DNA of 32,000 bases. Source: Fastidiosibacter lacustris (GTDB lineage Bacteria > Pseudomonadota > Gammaproteobacteria > Francisellales > Francisellaceae). The position numbers and the translations under genes were made by a program. Below, one piece after another: positions 8,294 to 17,292 of this stretch. Under the pieces are notes generated by a model. That model was not told the DNA's origin and searched no databases. It saw only the letters and a list, made by a program, of their open reading frames with translations. Positions within the stretch are counted from its first letter, which is position 1. Every line of letters starts with the position of its first letter. The DNA is taken from positions 30,001-62,000 of the forward strand of contig NZ_QLIR01000001.1 in NCBI RefSeq assembly GCF_003428155.1, read 5' to 3'.

Positions 8294-10162
8294 GTGGAAG
8301 TAAGTAACTTTTTTTTGTCACCAACGTATATTCCAATAGTGTTCATGGTGATTTTATCGTTGGGTTTTATTTGTCAATGGCTAGCTTGGAGGCTAAAATT
8401 ACCAGCAATTTTATTCTTGCTTGTTGTTGGAATTTTACTAGGACCTGTGAGTCAATTACTCTTTGGTGAACATTATCAGTTTCTGCGTCCATCCTTTTTA
8501 TTTGAAAAGATGCTTTATCCTGTTGTGTCGATTTGTGTATCGATTATTTTGTTTGAAGGTTGTATGACTCTTAAGTTTCGTGAAATTAGAGGTTTAGGTG
8601 GTACGGTTAGAAACATCGTAACCATTGGTCTTTTAATTACAGCGACATTAACAACTGTGCTTGTTCACTATATTTTTAATATTTCATGGCAGGTTTCGGC
8701 GCTTATTGGCGCTATTTCATCGGTTAGTGGACCGACCGTAGTGGTGCCAATTTTACGTAGTGTGAGACCCACTGAAAAACTCGCTAATATTATTCGGTGG
8801 GAAGGTATGCTCGTTGATCCAATCGGTGCATTATTAGCAGTAATTGTTTTTACTGCGATCACTGCTTCGCAATATGATGCTTTCTGGTATATTAGCACTC
8901 ATATTTTATCGGTGCTTTTAGTTGGTGGAATTGGCGGACTTATCACGGGATTTTTATTAGGGATGATTTTAAAAAAGCAATGGGTGCCAAGCTATCTGAA
9001 TAATATGTTTGTATTGTCTTTTGTAGTAACAAGCTTTGTGATTGCTGAATACGTTGTTGAAGGTGGGGGTCTTTTGATCGTCACCGTGATGGGAATTATC
9101 GTTGGTAATATGCCCAATACTCATATTGAGGAAATTCTTGATTTTAAGGAGTCTTTAAGCCTTATTTTGATTTCAAGTTTATTTATTATTTTAGGTGCGA
9201 ATGTTAGCTTTGAATATCTGGAGGGAGTTTGGTGGAAAGCAATTATCTTAGTGTTATTGTTACAATTTATTGTACGTCCTATTGCCGCAGCACTTTCAAT
9301 TTTAGGTAGTGAGCTTAATTGGCGTGAGCGTGTGATGATTAGCTGGATTGCACCGCGTGGAATTGTAGCAGCTGCGGTAGCAGCACTTTTTTCAATAAAA
9401 GTGATTGAGAATCTGGAATTGATAGAAGAAGGCGAGCTATTAGTATTAATTGTTTTTATGGTAATTTTAGGGACGGTCATTATCCAAAGTCTAACAGCTC
9501 CATTCTTAGCAAAAATACTTCATGCATCTGCCCCTGAACCAAGAGGTTTTTTGATGATAGGCGGAAATACTTTAGCACGTAGCATTGCCAAGGAGCTGAC
9601 TCAAAATGGCGTTCATGTTGTGATTGCAGATACCAGTTGGCGTAGTGTACAAGCTTGTCGATTGCAAGGGTTGGATTGCTATTATGGTAGCTCGGTTTCT
9701 GAACATGCTGATTGGCACTTAAATTTAGTAGGCATTGGTAGAATGCTTGGATGCTCAAGTAGCGAACAAATGAATACTTTAGCTGCGGTTAAGTATTATC
9801 GCGAGTTTGAGGGGAAAACTTCTGTTTTTGTGCTTCCCACGGCGCAAAACAAAGCAAATTCTAAGCTTACTTATTTAACTAAGAAATTTGCCAAACGGTT
9901 GTTTAGTAGAGACTTATCCTACCAGGTTTTGCGTAGCATGGTAAAGCAAGGCGGCCAAGTTAAAACAACAATGCTAACAGATGAGTTTAATTGGGAGCAA
10001 TTTATATCCTTAAATCAAACTGCTGTTCCACTTTTCTTTATTAATAAAAAAGGTCAGATTCATGTCGCATCGCCTGATAGCCAATATGCACCTGAGTCTG
10101 GTTGGAAAGTCATTTATCTTATGCCTCCAGCAAATTGGACTCCAGAGAGTGAAGATGAATAA
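8294..10162 (+). CDS. CPA1-type monovalent cation:proton antiporter with C-terminal RCK/KTN-like domain
   Basis: About 400 aa of Na+/H+-exchanger-like TM helices, followed by a soluble tail beginning FLMIGGNTLARSIAKELTQNGVHVVIADT. The start is uncertain: GTG at 8294 or ATG at 8345. Confidence 0.75.
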   Translation: MEVSNFFLSPTYIPIVFMVILSLGFICQWLAWRLKLPAILFLLVVGILLGPVSQLLFGEHYQFLRPSFLFEKMLYPVVSICVSIILFEGCMTLKFREIRGLGGTVRNIVTIGLLITATLTTVLVHYIFNISWQVSALIGAISSVSGPTVVVPILRSVRPTEKLANIIRWEGMLVDPIGALLAVIVFTAITASQYDAFWYISTHILSVLLVGGIGGLITGFLLGMILKKQWVPSYLNNMFVLSFVVTSFVIAEYVVEGGGLLIVTVMGIIVGNMPNTHIEEILDFKESLSLILISSLFIILGANVSFEYLEGVWWKAIILVLLLQFIVRPIAAALSILGSELNWRERVMISWIAPRGIVAAAVAALFSIKVIENLELIEEGELLVLIVFMVILGTVIIQSLTAPFLAKILHASAPEPRGFLMIGGNTLARSIAKELTQNGVHVVIADTSWRSVQACRLQGLDCYYGSSVSEHADWHLNLVGIGRMLGCSSSEQMNTLAAVKYYREFEGKTSVFVLPTAQNKANSKLTYLTKKFAKRLFSRDLSYQVLRSMVKQGGQVKTTMLTDEFNWEQFISLNQTAVPLFFINKKGQIHVASPDSQYAPESGWKVIYLMPPANWTPESEDE

Positions 10163-10205
10163 TAGTGGGGAATGGTTTACAAGTGGCTACTTTGTCATTT
10201 GGTTG

Positions 10206-13200
10206 TTACCATCTAGAGCACTTGAATAAATTAGGAATAAGCGGAAAATATAAGTAGAGCACGATTTTTTTTCTATCTAGCTGAAAGTATTTTGCAAGCT
10301 GTCGCTGGTAAATAAGTAGTTGCTTATAATATAGCTTACGTTGTGTTATTAAAAAAGCATCTAATGCTTCGCCTATTACAGGTGTTGTAAATTTGTAATC
10401 AATGATTTGATAGCCATCTTTGGTAGCGATAATTCTATCGGCGATACGTTTTTGTGGTTTATTAAAGCGTAAGCTCAACATGATTTGTTCACTAAAGCCA
10501 GTTGCTGAGAATATCCACGAGTAATGTTGCTTAGTATTTTGTATTGCGGTGTGGGCTTGTATATAAGCCTTTTTTTTAAGGTCACTTTTTAATCCATACT
10601 CATGTGTGGCAACTTCAAAGTAGGGTTGCCAATCTTGCTGTGGAAAGTAACAAAGGTAATTGAAAAGTGCATGTAGCACAGAACCAATACGCCGCTCATC
10701 ACTTAATACAAACTCACTGAAGCCGGGATGATTTAATGGATTTTTGTTGTTTAAATTAGCGTTGTCAAGAGCATTGCAAGCTTGGTTCTGCGAAAGTGGC
10801 AAGATAGTGTAGTTTTTTACTTGTTGGATGGGTTTATAAAATTGATTCTGATTTTTAGTTTCATCTACTTGATTGAGCTGTGGATCATTTAGCATAAAAT
10901 TCCAATCTAGTGCTAAAGGATGTAGCAAAGATAAAAAGCTATTTTTTTGAATACGAATATTTTCTTGGTCAGTGGTATCTACAACGGCACTAAGTAAAAC
11001 TTTGTATTTAGCACGCGTAATAGCAACGTACAATAAGCGTTGTAGCTCATAAGAAGCGCGTTTTTTCTGCATGTTTTGAATGACCTTATATAAGGCGGGA
11101 GCTGTGTCATCCCAACTATGTTTAATTGGACTTAACAACAGGTGAGTGCGTTGATCGTCAAGCTTTGTGGTTTCATATAAAAAAAGTTGACTGTCATCTG
11201 CTTTTGTCGCTTTCTCAAGCTGTGGCAAAATGACAAAATCAAATTCTAAACCTTTAGATTTATGAATAGTCATAATGTGGATATTTGCCGTGGGTGGTGC
11301 ACTTGCATACGTGGTTTTAAGTGCTTCAATTAAGCGCGTTGTGTCGCAAATTATTGTCCTATCTATGCTTAGGTGCTTATCTAAAATATCTAGATAATTG
11401 TCATAAAGTGTTGGTTGTGGATGAATAATAGGTCCATCAACCTTTTGCCAAAGTATGGTAAGCCGTTTAGTAAGAGGCGCTTTATTACCCATAAAGCCCT
11501 CATGCTGTATCCATTCTATAAAATAAGCCGCTTTTTGCTGATGAGCGTATTGCTTGTTTGATGCTAGATATTGGGTAAGCTGTTGAATGAAATTACTTTC
11601 TTCACTGCCAATAATTTGAATATGCTTGATTTCATTAAGTTCATGAAGTGTAAATCCAAATAAGTTAGATTGTAACAAGCTGATCCAATATATTTCATGT
11701 TGAGGGTTAGAAAGAATACAGCTTAAGCATAACAAATCAAGAATGATTGCTTGTTGATAAAGTGTTTCAATTTCGTTTTCGATAATAGCAAGTCCATGTG
11801 TCTTTAACGTCGGTACAATTGATTTAAGGTGGCTTCTGGAACGAACTAAAATAGCAATGTTATGCTTTGGATTAATTTTTTGATAAGATTTGATTGCATT
11901 AGCGATATGTATTGCTTCTTCATCGGCGGTTTGAAAATAGCTTTGTGTGAAAGTGTTGGGATTTACTTTGTCTGACAGTGTGTTTGAAGGCGCATAGGCA
12001 ATTCCTCCAAAATTTAAATCATTTATCTTAGGGAAAATTTGAGCAAAGGTGCTATTGACCCAGTCAACAATTGATTTTTGTGAGCGAAAATTACAGCTAA
12101 GTTGTAAATATTTAGGTTTAATCTGATTGATACCGTTGTCTTTAACTTGTAAAAAAAGATTCACTTCTGCTTGACGAAAACGATAAATCGATTGCATAGG
12201 ATCACCCACGACAAAAAGTGTTTTGCCATCGTTGGGCTGCCATTCTAGAGTTAACATTTGCAAAAGTGTAAACTGCAGAATAGATGTATCCTGAAACTCA
12301 TCTATTAAGAGGTGTTGGATTTGATGATCTAAATAAAGTGCCAAATTAGTTGGTGTATTTTCACTGCCTAAAGCAGACAGCGCTTGCAATGAAACCTCAT
12401 TAAAATCCATTTTTGCCGTTTGCGAAAAAATAAGTTTTAAGTATTGGACAGAGTGGATCGCAATGGCAGTCATTGCACTTAATATTTCCCATTCACTTGA
12501 GCTAAAGCATAAGCTTGAAAATAGGCGAAGCTCGCCAATAATAGCTGTTATTTGCTCTTTTTCTTTCTCTGAAAATAAACTGATGTATTCCATTAACCAA
12601 TTTGTATGGCTTTTGGCATTGGGGTCTTTAGCTGGGAGCTTTTGTTTAGCAGTGAAGCTTTTCCGAAATTCGTTGTTATTGGTAAAAATAAGAGAAGTTA
12701 AGTATTGCCATATTTCAACGTTGTTGGATGTAAAACTTAGACGTTGAGAACTAAGCTCAGGGTGACAAAAGTGAAGAATTTTAATGAATTTATCTTCATA
12801 CTCGTCAAGCTTTAATACAGTGTAAGCTTGTGTGCTTAGCGAGTTGAAAAGTGCACAAAATCCTGACTCAATTTCTTGTTTTGTGATAGAGCTGTTATTT
12901 TTAAATAGTTGAAGCTGGATGACGATAGGCAGCCATTGTTCACGTTTAGCAAGCATTGATGACAGAAGAGACTTTAAGCGTTCGATGTCATTATCCAAAT
13001 GTAGTAGGATACGATACAGGCTATCTTGCCAAGGACTATTGTTAGTTGTGTCATGAATAAGTGCATCAATGGCTTGTTCATATAGTGAGTTTGCATCTTC
13101 AGTAACATCTGCACTAAAAGCTTCATCACTTTCGTAGATAAGGTGCCTAGACAAATATTGGCAAAAAGCATCTATGGTCGTGATGCGTAAGCGCTTTGGG

Positions 13201-13529
13201 TTTTCAAGCAAATGCCAATTTTTTAACTGGTTTTGCTGTAAAGCTTTTTGTGCTAAATCAAAGGTTAAGTGTTTATGTGGCTCACAAGGAGGCTTCCCAC
13301 CATTAGCATTCACCAGTGCCTGATAAATTCGGTGGTGCATTTCATTGGCGGCTTTGTTTGTAAAGGTCAATGCAATAATTTCTTCAGGTGCATTCTGGAC
13401 ATGTGCTAATAGATTTAAATAGCGCTGAGTAAGTGTTTCGGTTTTCCCAGAACCAGCAGGTGCTTGAACGATAAAAGATTGTTTTGGATTAAGTGCTTGT
13501 TGTCGTGCATGAGCATCAGAGGGTGTCAT
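10206..13529 (-). CDS. UvrD/Rep-family helicase fused to C-terminal PD-(D/E)XK (RecB-type) nuclease; AddA-like
   Basis: Walker A APAGSGKT. SF1 motifs LTFTNKAANEM, TIDAFC, LLIDEFQDTS, VGDPMQSIYRFRQA, CNFRS, TIHKSKGLEF and YVAITRA. C-terminal nuclease motifs ADRII...IIDYKF and QLLIY. Confidence 0.85.
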   Translation of the reverse strand: MTPSDAHARQQALNPKQSFIVQAPAGSGKTETLTQRYLNLLAHVQNAPEEIIALTFTNKAANEMHHRIYQALVNANGGKPPCEPHKHLTFDLAQKALQQNQLKNWHLLENPKRLRITTIDAFCQYLSRHLIYESDEAFSADVTEDANSLYEQAIDALIHDTTNNSPWQDSLYRILLHLDNDIERLKSLLSSMLAKREQWLPIVIQLQLFKNNSSITKQEIESGFCALFNSLSTQAYTVLKLDEYEDKFIKILHFCHPELSSQRLSFTSNNVEIWQYLTSLIFTNNNEFRKSFTAKQKLPAKDPNAKSHTNWLMEYISLFSEKEKEQITAIIGELRLFSSLCFSSSEWEILSAMTAIAIHSVQYLKLIFSQTAKMDFNEVSLQALSALGSENTPTNLALYLDHQIQHLLIDEFQDTSILQFTLLQMLTLEWQPNDGKTLFVVGDPMQSIYRFRQAEVNLFLQVKDNGINQIKPKYLQLSCNFRSQKSIVDWVNSTFAQIFPKINDLNFGGIAYAPSNTLSDKVNPNTFTQSYFQTADEEAIHIANAIKSYQKINPKHNIAILVRSRSHLKSIVPTLKTHGLAIIENEIETLYQQAIILDLLCLSCILSNPQHEIYWISLLQSNLFGFTLHELNEIKHIQIIGSEESNFIQQLTQYLASNKQYAHQQKAAYFIEWIQHEGFMGNKAPLTKRLTILWQKVDGPIIHPQPTLYDNYLDILDKHLSIDRTIICDTTRLIEALKTTYASAPPTANIHIMTIHKSKGLEFDFVILPQLEKATKADDSQLFLYETTKLDDQRTHLLLSPIKHSWDDTAPALYKVIQNMQKKRASYELQRLLYVAITRAKYKVLLSAVVDTTDQENIRIQKNSFLSLLHPLALDWNFMLNDPQLNQVDETKNQNQFYKPIQQVKNYTILPLSQNQACNALDNANLNNKNPLNHPGFSEFVLSDERRIGSVLHALFNYLCYFPQQDWQPYFEVATHEYGLKSDLKKKAYIQAHTAIQNTKQHYSWIFSATGFSEQIMLSLRFNKPQKRIADRIIATKDGYQIIDYKFTTPVIGEALDAFLITQRKLYYKQLLIYQRQLAKYFQLDRKKIVLYLYFPLIPNLFKCSRW

Positions 13530-13680
13530 TTTTTTTGGTACGTTGATTTGACAATGAATTGATACAATGTAGCCTATTGAACTTTATAAGTCACGAAGCT
13601 TAGAGTTAATTAAGAAGGATGATGTCTGACCTTTTAGGATTTAGGTAAGAAAACTTTATATAAGGTATATAATTTGAGCC

Positions 13681-13866
13681 TCATAACTTAAAATCATCGG
13701 TTTTACGATTGAAAATATTACGATGCTTTTGAGCTTCTTTTTTTTGTGAGCTTGAACGCGTTGGGAAGTCGCGATCATAAGTCGATAAAAACTGACCAGC
13801 CTCACTGACGTATTCTCTTTGTTTTTTATTATCAAAAAGGTGCAACATTTTTAATATAATTGACAT
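13681..13866 (-). CDS. Small hypothetical protein (61 aa), loosely DUF3460-like
   Basis: AGGA lies 7 nt upstream of the ATG. The YVSEAGQFL...FP...Q pattern recalls small DUF3460-type proteins from memory only. The product is basic and hydrophilic. Confidence 0.45.
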   Translation of the reverse strand: MSIILKMLHLFDNKKQREYVSEAGQFLSTYDRDFPTRSSSQKKEAQKHRNIFNRKTDDFKL

Positions 13867-14042
13867 AAGCTGTCCTAAAGAATAGTTTCTATTTTGACGA
13901 CGATTATACTAGAATGCGGGATAAAAACATATACTCACCAGCCAGCTTCTGTTTATCCAAAATTTCAGTTGATGAGATTTAAAGGTAAGTAAAATCGTAG
14001 CTCTACATGCTGAGTAAATAAATACTAGGAAAGTTGACTTCT

Positions 14043-15494
14043 ATGCGCCCAGGTCCGATTTTTAAGGTATTAGGCATACTTTTGATGTTTTTAAGCTTAA
14101 CGATGCTAACACCGATGATTGTGAATTGGATTTATGATGAACACAATGGCAAGCCATTTCTGTTGAGCTTTATCATCACTATGATTTCAGGTTTACTGCT
14201 TTGGCTGCTAAGTTCACGTTCTAAAAAAGAGCTTACTATTAAAGGTGGCTTTATTGTTGTGATTGCGATTTGGTCGGTTTTAGGTTTATATGGTTCGATT
14301 CCTTATATGCTTTCTAATGGGTTGCACCTTGAATTTTCTGATGCGGTATTTGAATCGGTATCAGGTTTTACAACAACTGGTGCTACCGTGATTCATGGTT
14401 TGGATTCATTACCAAAAAGCATTTTATACTATCGCCAACAAACACAACTCTTAGGTGGAATGGGGATTATTATTTTATCGGTAGCAATTTTACCTATGTT
14501 GGGTGTAGGGGGTATGCAATTATATCGTGCTGAAGCTAATGGACCTTGGAAAGAAAACAAGCTAACTCCAAGAATTGCTGATACAGCTAAGGTATTGTGG
14601 GGTATTTATTTATTACTTGTAGTCCTTTGTATCTTAAGTTATAAATTAGGTGGCATGACTTGGTTTAATGCAGTGTGCTACGCTTATTCAACAATTGGCA
14701 CTGGTGGGTTTGCGCCAAGTGATGCTTCAATGGGGGGGCAAACGCCATTAATTTATTCCATTTGTATCTTTTATATGATGGTTAGTGCCACTAGCTTTGC
14801 GCTACATTTTACTGCATTTAGAAGGTTATCATTAAAAGTATATTGGAGGGACCCAGAATTTAGAGCTTATATTTTCTTTGCATTTTCTATGATGGTTATT
14901 GTGGTATTAACACTTATTTCTCAAGATGCAACTAAGAGTAATGATCTCGCGTTTTGGGATGGTTTATTTCAAGTGGTTTCTTTTGTCTCTAATACGGGCT
15001 TTACTTCCGATTCAAACTATCATTCATGGCCTTTATTTATTCCGATATTACTAATGGTGATTGGTCTTATTGGTGGATGCGCAGGTTCTAGCTCAGGTGG
15101 GCTTAAGATTGTAAGAGCTGTATTATTGCGCAAGCAAGCATTTCGTGAGGCACGTAGGCTTGTGCATCCATCAGGGGTATTTCCTGTTAAATTTGGTAAT
15201 AAAGTGATGTCAGAGGCTGTCATGAGTAGTGTTTGGGGATTTGTGGCAGCTTATTTTATTATGTTTGTAATATTATGGTTGTGTATGATGGGTGTGGGGG
15301 TAGAATCAATTACCGCATTTTCAGCTGTAGCGGCAAGCATTTCGAATTTAGGTCCAGGGCTTGGACATGTGGGTGTTAATTATGCAATGCTACCTACTCA
15401 AGCACATTGGATATTAAATTTTGCAATGCTGTTAGGGCGTCTGGAAGTTTTTACTATCCTAGTATTATTTACCCCAGATTTTTGGCGACGTTAA
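14043..15494 (+). CDS. trkH: Trk-system potassium uptake protein TrkH
   Basis: Multi-pass membrane protein with TrkH selectivity-filter-like segments (GFTTTGAT, STIGTGGF, SNTGFTS, ISNLGPGLG). ATG at 14043 behind AGGA is preferred to the TTG at 14034. Confidence 0.9.
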   Translation: MRPGPIFKVLGILLMFLSLTMLTPMIVNWIYDEHNGKPFLLSFIITMISGLLLWLLSSRSKKELTIKGGFIVVIAIWSVLGLYGSIPYMLSNGLHLEFSDAVFESVSGFTTTGATVIHGLDSLPKSILYYRQQTQLLGGMGIIILSVAILPMLGVGGMQLYRAEANGPWKENKLTPRIADTAKVLWGIYLLLVVLCILSYKLGGMTWFNAVCYAYSTIGTGGFAPSDASMGGQTPLIYSICIFYMMVSATSFALHFTAFRRLSLKVYWRDPEFRAYIFFAFSMMVIVVLTLISQDATKSNDLAFWDGLFQVVSFVSNTGFTSDSNYHSWPLFIPILLMVIGLIGGCAGSSSGGLKIVRAVLLRKQAFREARRLVHPSGVFPVKFGNKVMSEAVMSSVWGFVAAYFIMFVILWLCMMGVGVESITAFSAVAASISNLGPGLGHVGVNYAMLPTQAHWILNFAMLLGRLEVFTILVLFTPDFWRR

Positions 15495-16531
15495 TCGTAA
15501 GTTGGTTGTGTATTTTCATGTTTTTTGAGTTCGCTATCATCTATAATCCCAGACAAAAATAGCTTATTTAGGGCTTGCTGTAAGGTTTGCATTCCTTTAT
15601 TTTGGCTAGTCTGTAGGACATTGTAAAGCTGAGGAATTTTATTCTCACGAATGAGGTTTCTCACTGCGGTGTTGGCGATTAAAATTTCATGAGCAGCAAC
15701 ACGACCTCCTTCTTTACGACGAATTAAGCGTTGAGCAATTACTGCTTGTAGTGATTCTGATAACATTGCACGTACCATTGCTTGCTCATTTCCTGGGAAA
15801 ATGTTGATAATACGGTCGATCGTTTTAGGTGCTGAAGAGGTGTGTAATGTGGTAAATACAAGGTGACCTGTTTCAGCCGCAGTTAACGCAAGGCGAATGG
15901 TTTCAATATCACGCATTTCACCAACAAGTATATAGTCAGGGTCTTCGCGTAAAGCAGCACGTAAAGCATTATTAAAACTTAACGTGTCTCGTTTGACTTC
16001 CCGTTGATTAATCAGGCATTTATTAGGTTTATGGATAAATTCAATGGGATCCTCAATGGAAATAATATGTCCTTTTTCGGTTTGATTGATACGATCAATC
16101 ATTGCAGCCAGTGTTGTGCTTTTACCACTACCTGTTGGACCTGTTACAACAATAAGTCCATGAGGTTGATGAATAATTTGTTTAAATATTTCTGGAGCGT
16201 GCAAATCTTCTAAGCTATAGACTTGCTCAGGAATGGTACGAAAGACGATTGCAGGACCTCGATTTTGCATAAAAATGTTTACTCTAAAGCGCGAACCAAT
16301 TTGATCTTTATGCAGAGAAAAGTCGTATTCGAGTTGCGTTTTAAATTTTTCAAGCTGTTCTTTGCACAGGATGTTATGGATGAGTGTATTGACTTCATCT
16401 GCTGTAATAATCGTTTGATCACAGATTTCCATTGTGCCATCAATACGAAGAATGGGAGCAACTCCACTAGAAATGTGTAAATCCGATGCTTTTTTCTCCA
16501 CGCAAAGTGATAATAATTGTGTCAAGTTCAT
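15491..16531 (-). CDS. pilT: Type IV pilus twitching-motility (retraction) ATPase PilT
   Basis: N-terminus MNLTQLLSLCVEKKASDLHISSG, Walker A GPTGSGKSTT, Walker B/Asp box ILVGEMRD, and His box TGHLVFTTLHT. The start is moved to the ATG at 16531 (347 aa). The track's 412-aa ORF adds an implausible N-terminal extension. Confidence 0.9.
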   Translation of the reverse strand: MNLTQLLSLCVEKKASDLHISSGVAPILRIDGTMEICDQTIITADEVNTLIHNILCKEQLEKFKTQLEYDFSLHKDQIGSRFRVNIFMQNRGPAIVFRTIPEQVYSLEDLHAPEIFKQIIHQPHGLIVVTGPTGSGKSTTLAAMIDRINQTEKGHIISIEDPIEFIHKPNKCLINQREVKRDTLSFNNALRAALREDPDYILVGEMRDIETIRLALTAAETGHLVFTTLHTSSAPKTIDRIINIFPGNEQAMVRAMLSESLQAVIAQRLIRRKEGGRVAAHEILIANTAVRNLIRENKIPQLYNVLQTSQNKGMQTLQQALNKLFLSGIIDDSELKKHENTQPTYD

Positions 16532-16578
16532 GCTATGATGTTCCGTAATCAAATGATCCTTTGAATTAACTATAGCAG

Positions 16579-17277
16579 ATGGATACAGCTCAAGCACAAA
16601 AACTACATCAAAACTTACAGCAGCTACAAAAAAAAATTTGGCAATTAACAATTGGTAAGACAAGTAAACCTTTGTTGGTATCAGTATCAAAAAAGCAGAC
16701 AATTGAAGCAATTGAGGAAATTTTTTCACAGGGAATAAGAAATTTTGGCGAGAGCTTTATCCAGGAAGCAGAGATTAAAATTCCCAAGCTGTCAGATCAT
16801 ATTTGTTGGCATTATATTGGTGCTGTTCAATCCAATAAACTTAAAAAAATTGCTCAATATTTTAGTTGGTTACATACCTTAGCAGATATTAAACATGCCA
16901 AAAAACTGGAATTGCATTGTAGAGAATTTAATAAAAAAATCCAGGTGTGTATTCAAATCAATGTGGATTTAGAACCACAAAAAGCGGGCATCTTAATAAC
17001 TGATGAGGATAAAATTTATGCACTTGTAAAAGTAATCAACGATGCTTGCCCCCATTTAATATTGCGCGGTTTGATGTGTATTTTGCAAGAGAGTGGCGAT
17101 TACAATAAGCAATTGGTGAGTTTCAAGAAATTGGCAACACTAAAAGATAATATTAATGCATGTTTGGGTCTTAAATTAGATCAGCTATCGATGGGAATGT
17201 CTGAAGATATGGCAGCGGCAATTGAAGTAGGTAGTACGATAGTAAGAGTGGGTTCGGCAATATTTGGTAGTCGATAA
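16579..17277 (+). CDS. yggS: YggS-family pyridoxal-phosphate homeostasis protein
   Basis: LVSVSKKQ (PLP lysine region), FGESFIQE, WHYIGAVQSNK and LSMGMSEDMAAAIEVGSTIVRVGSAIFG match YggS/PROSC. It is divergent from pilT as in many proteobacteria. Confidence 0.85.
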   Translation: MDTAQAQKLHQNLQQLQKKIWQLTIGKTSKPLLVSVSKKQTIEAIEEIFSQGIRNFGESFIQEAEIKIPKLSDHICWHYIGAVQSNKLKKIAQYFSWLHTLADIKHAKKLELHCREFNKKIQVCIQINVDLEPQKAGILITDEDKIYALVKVINDACPHLILRGLMCILQESGDYNKQLVSFKKLATLKDNINACLGLKLDQLSMGMSEDMAAAIEVGSTIVRVGSAIFGSR

Positions 17278-17292
17278 AAGGGGAAAGTGTTT

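Noticed and set aside
13894-13915. TTGACG ... TATACT/TAGAAT promoter-like hexamers upstream of trkH.
   Set aside because: The spacers are only 5 and 10 nt, incompatible with sigma70 geometry.
16628-16636. Homopolymer tracts as possible phase-variation switches: A9 in yggS (16628-16636), and T8/A8 tracts at 8309-8316, 10265-10272, 10570-10577 and 13738-13745.
   Set aside because: Tracts of this length, encoding Lys/Phe runs, are expected by chance in an AT-rich genome. They sit in housekeeping genes that are not typical contingency loci. Only population sequencing could revive this idea.
16532-16729. 66-codon N-terminal extension of the pilT ORF (track start 16729), overlapping the yggS start.
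   Set aside because: The canonical PilT N-terminus (MNLTQLL...ASDLHISSG) begins at the internal ATG at 16531, giving the normal length of about 345 aa. The extension is hydrophobic junk and would overlap yggS.
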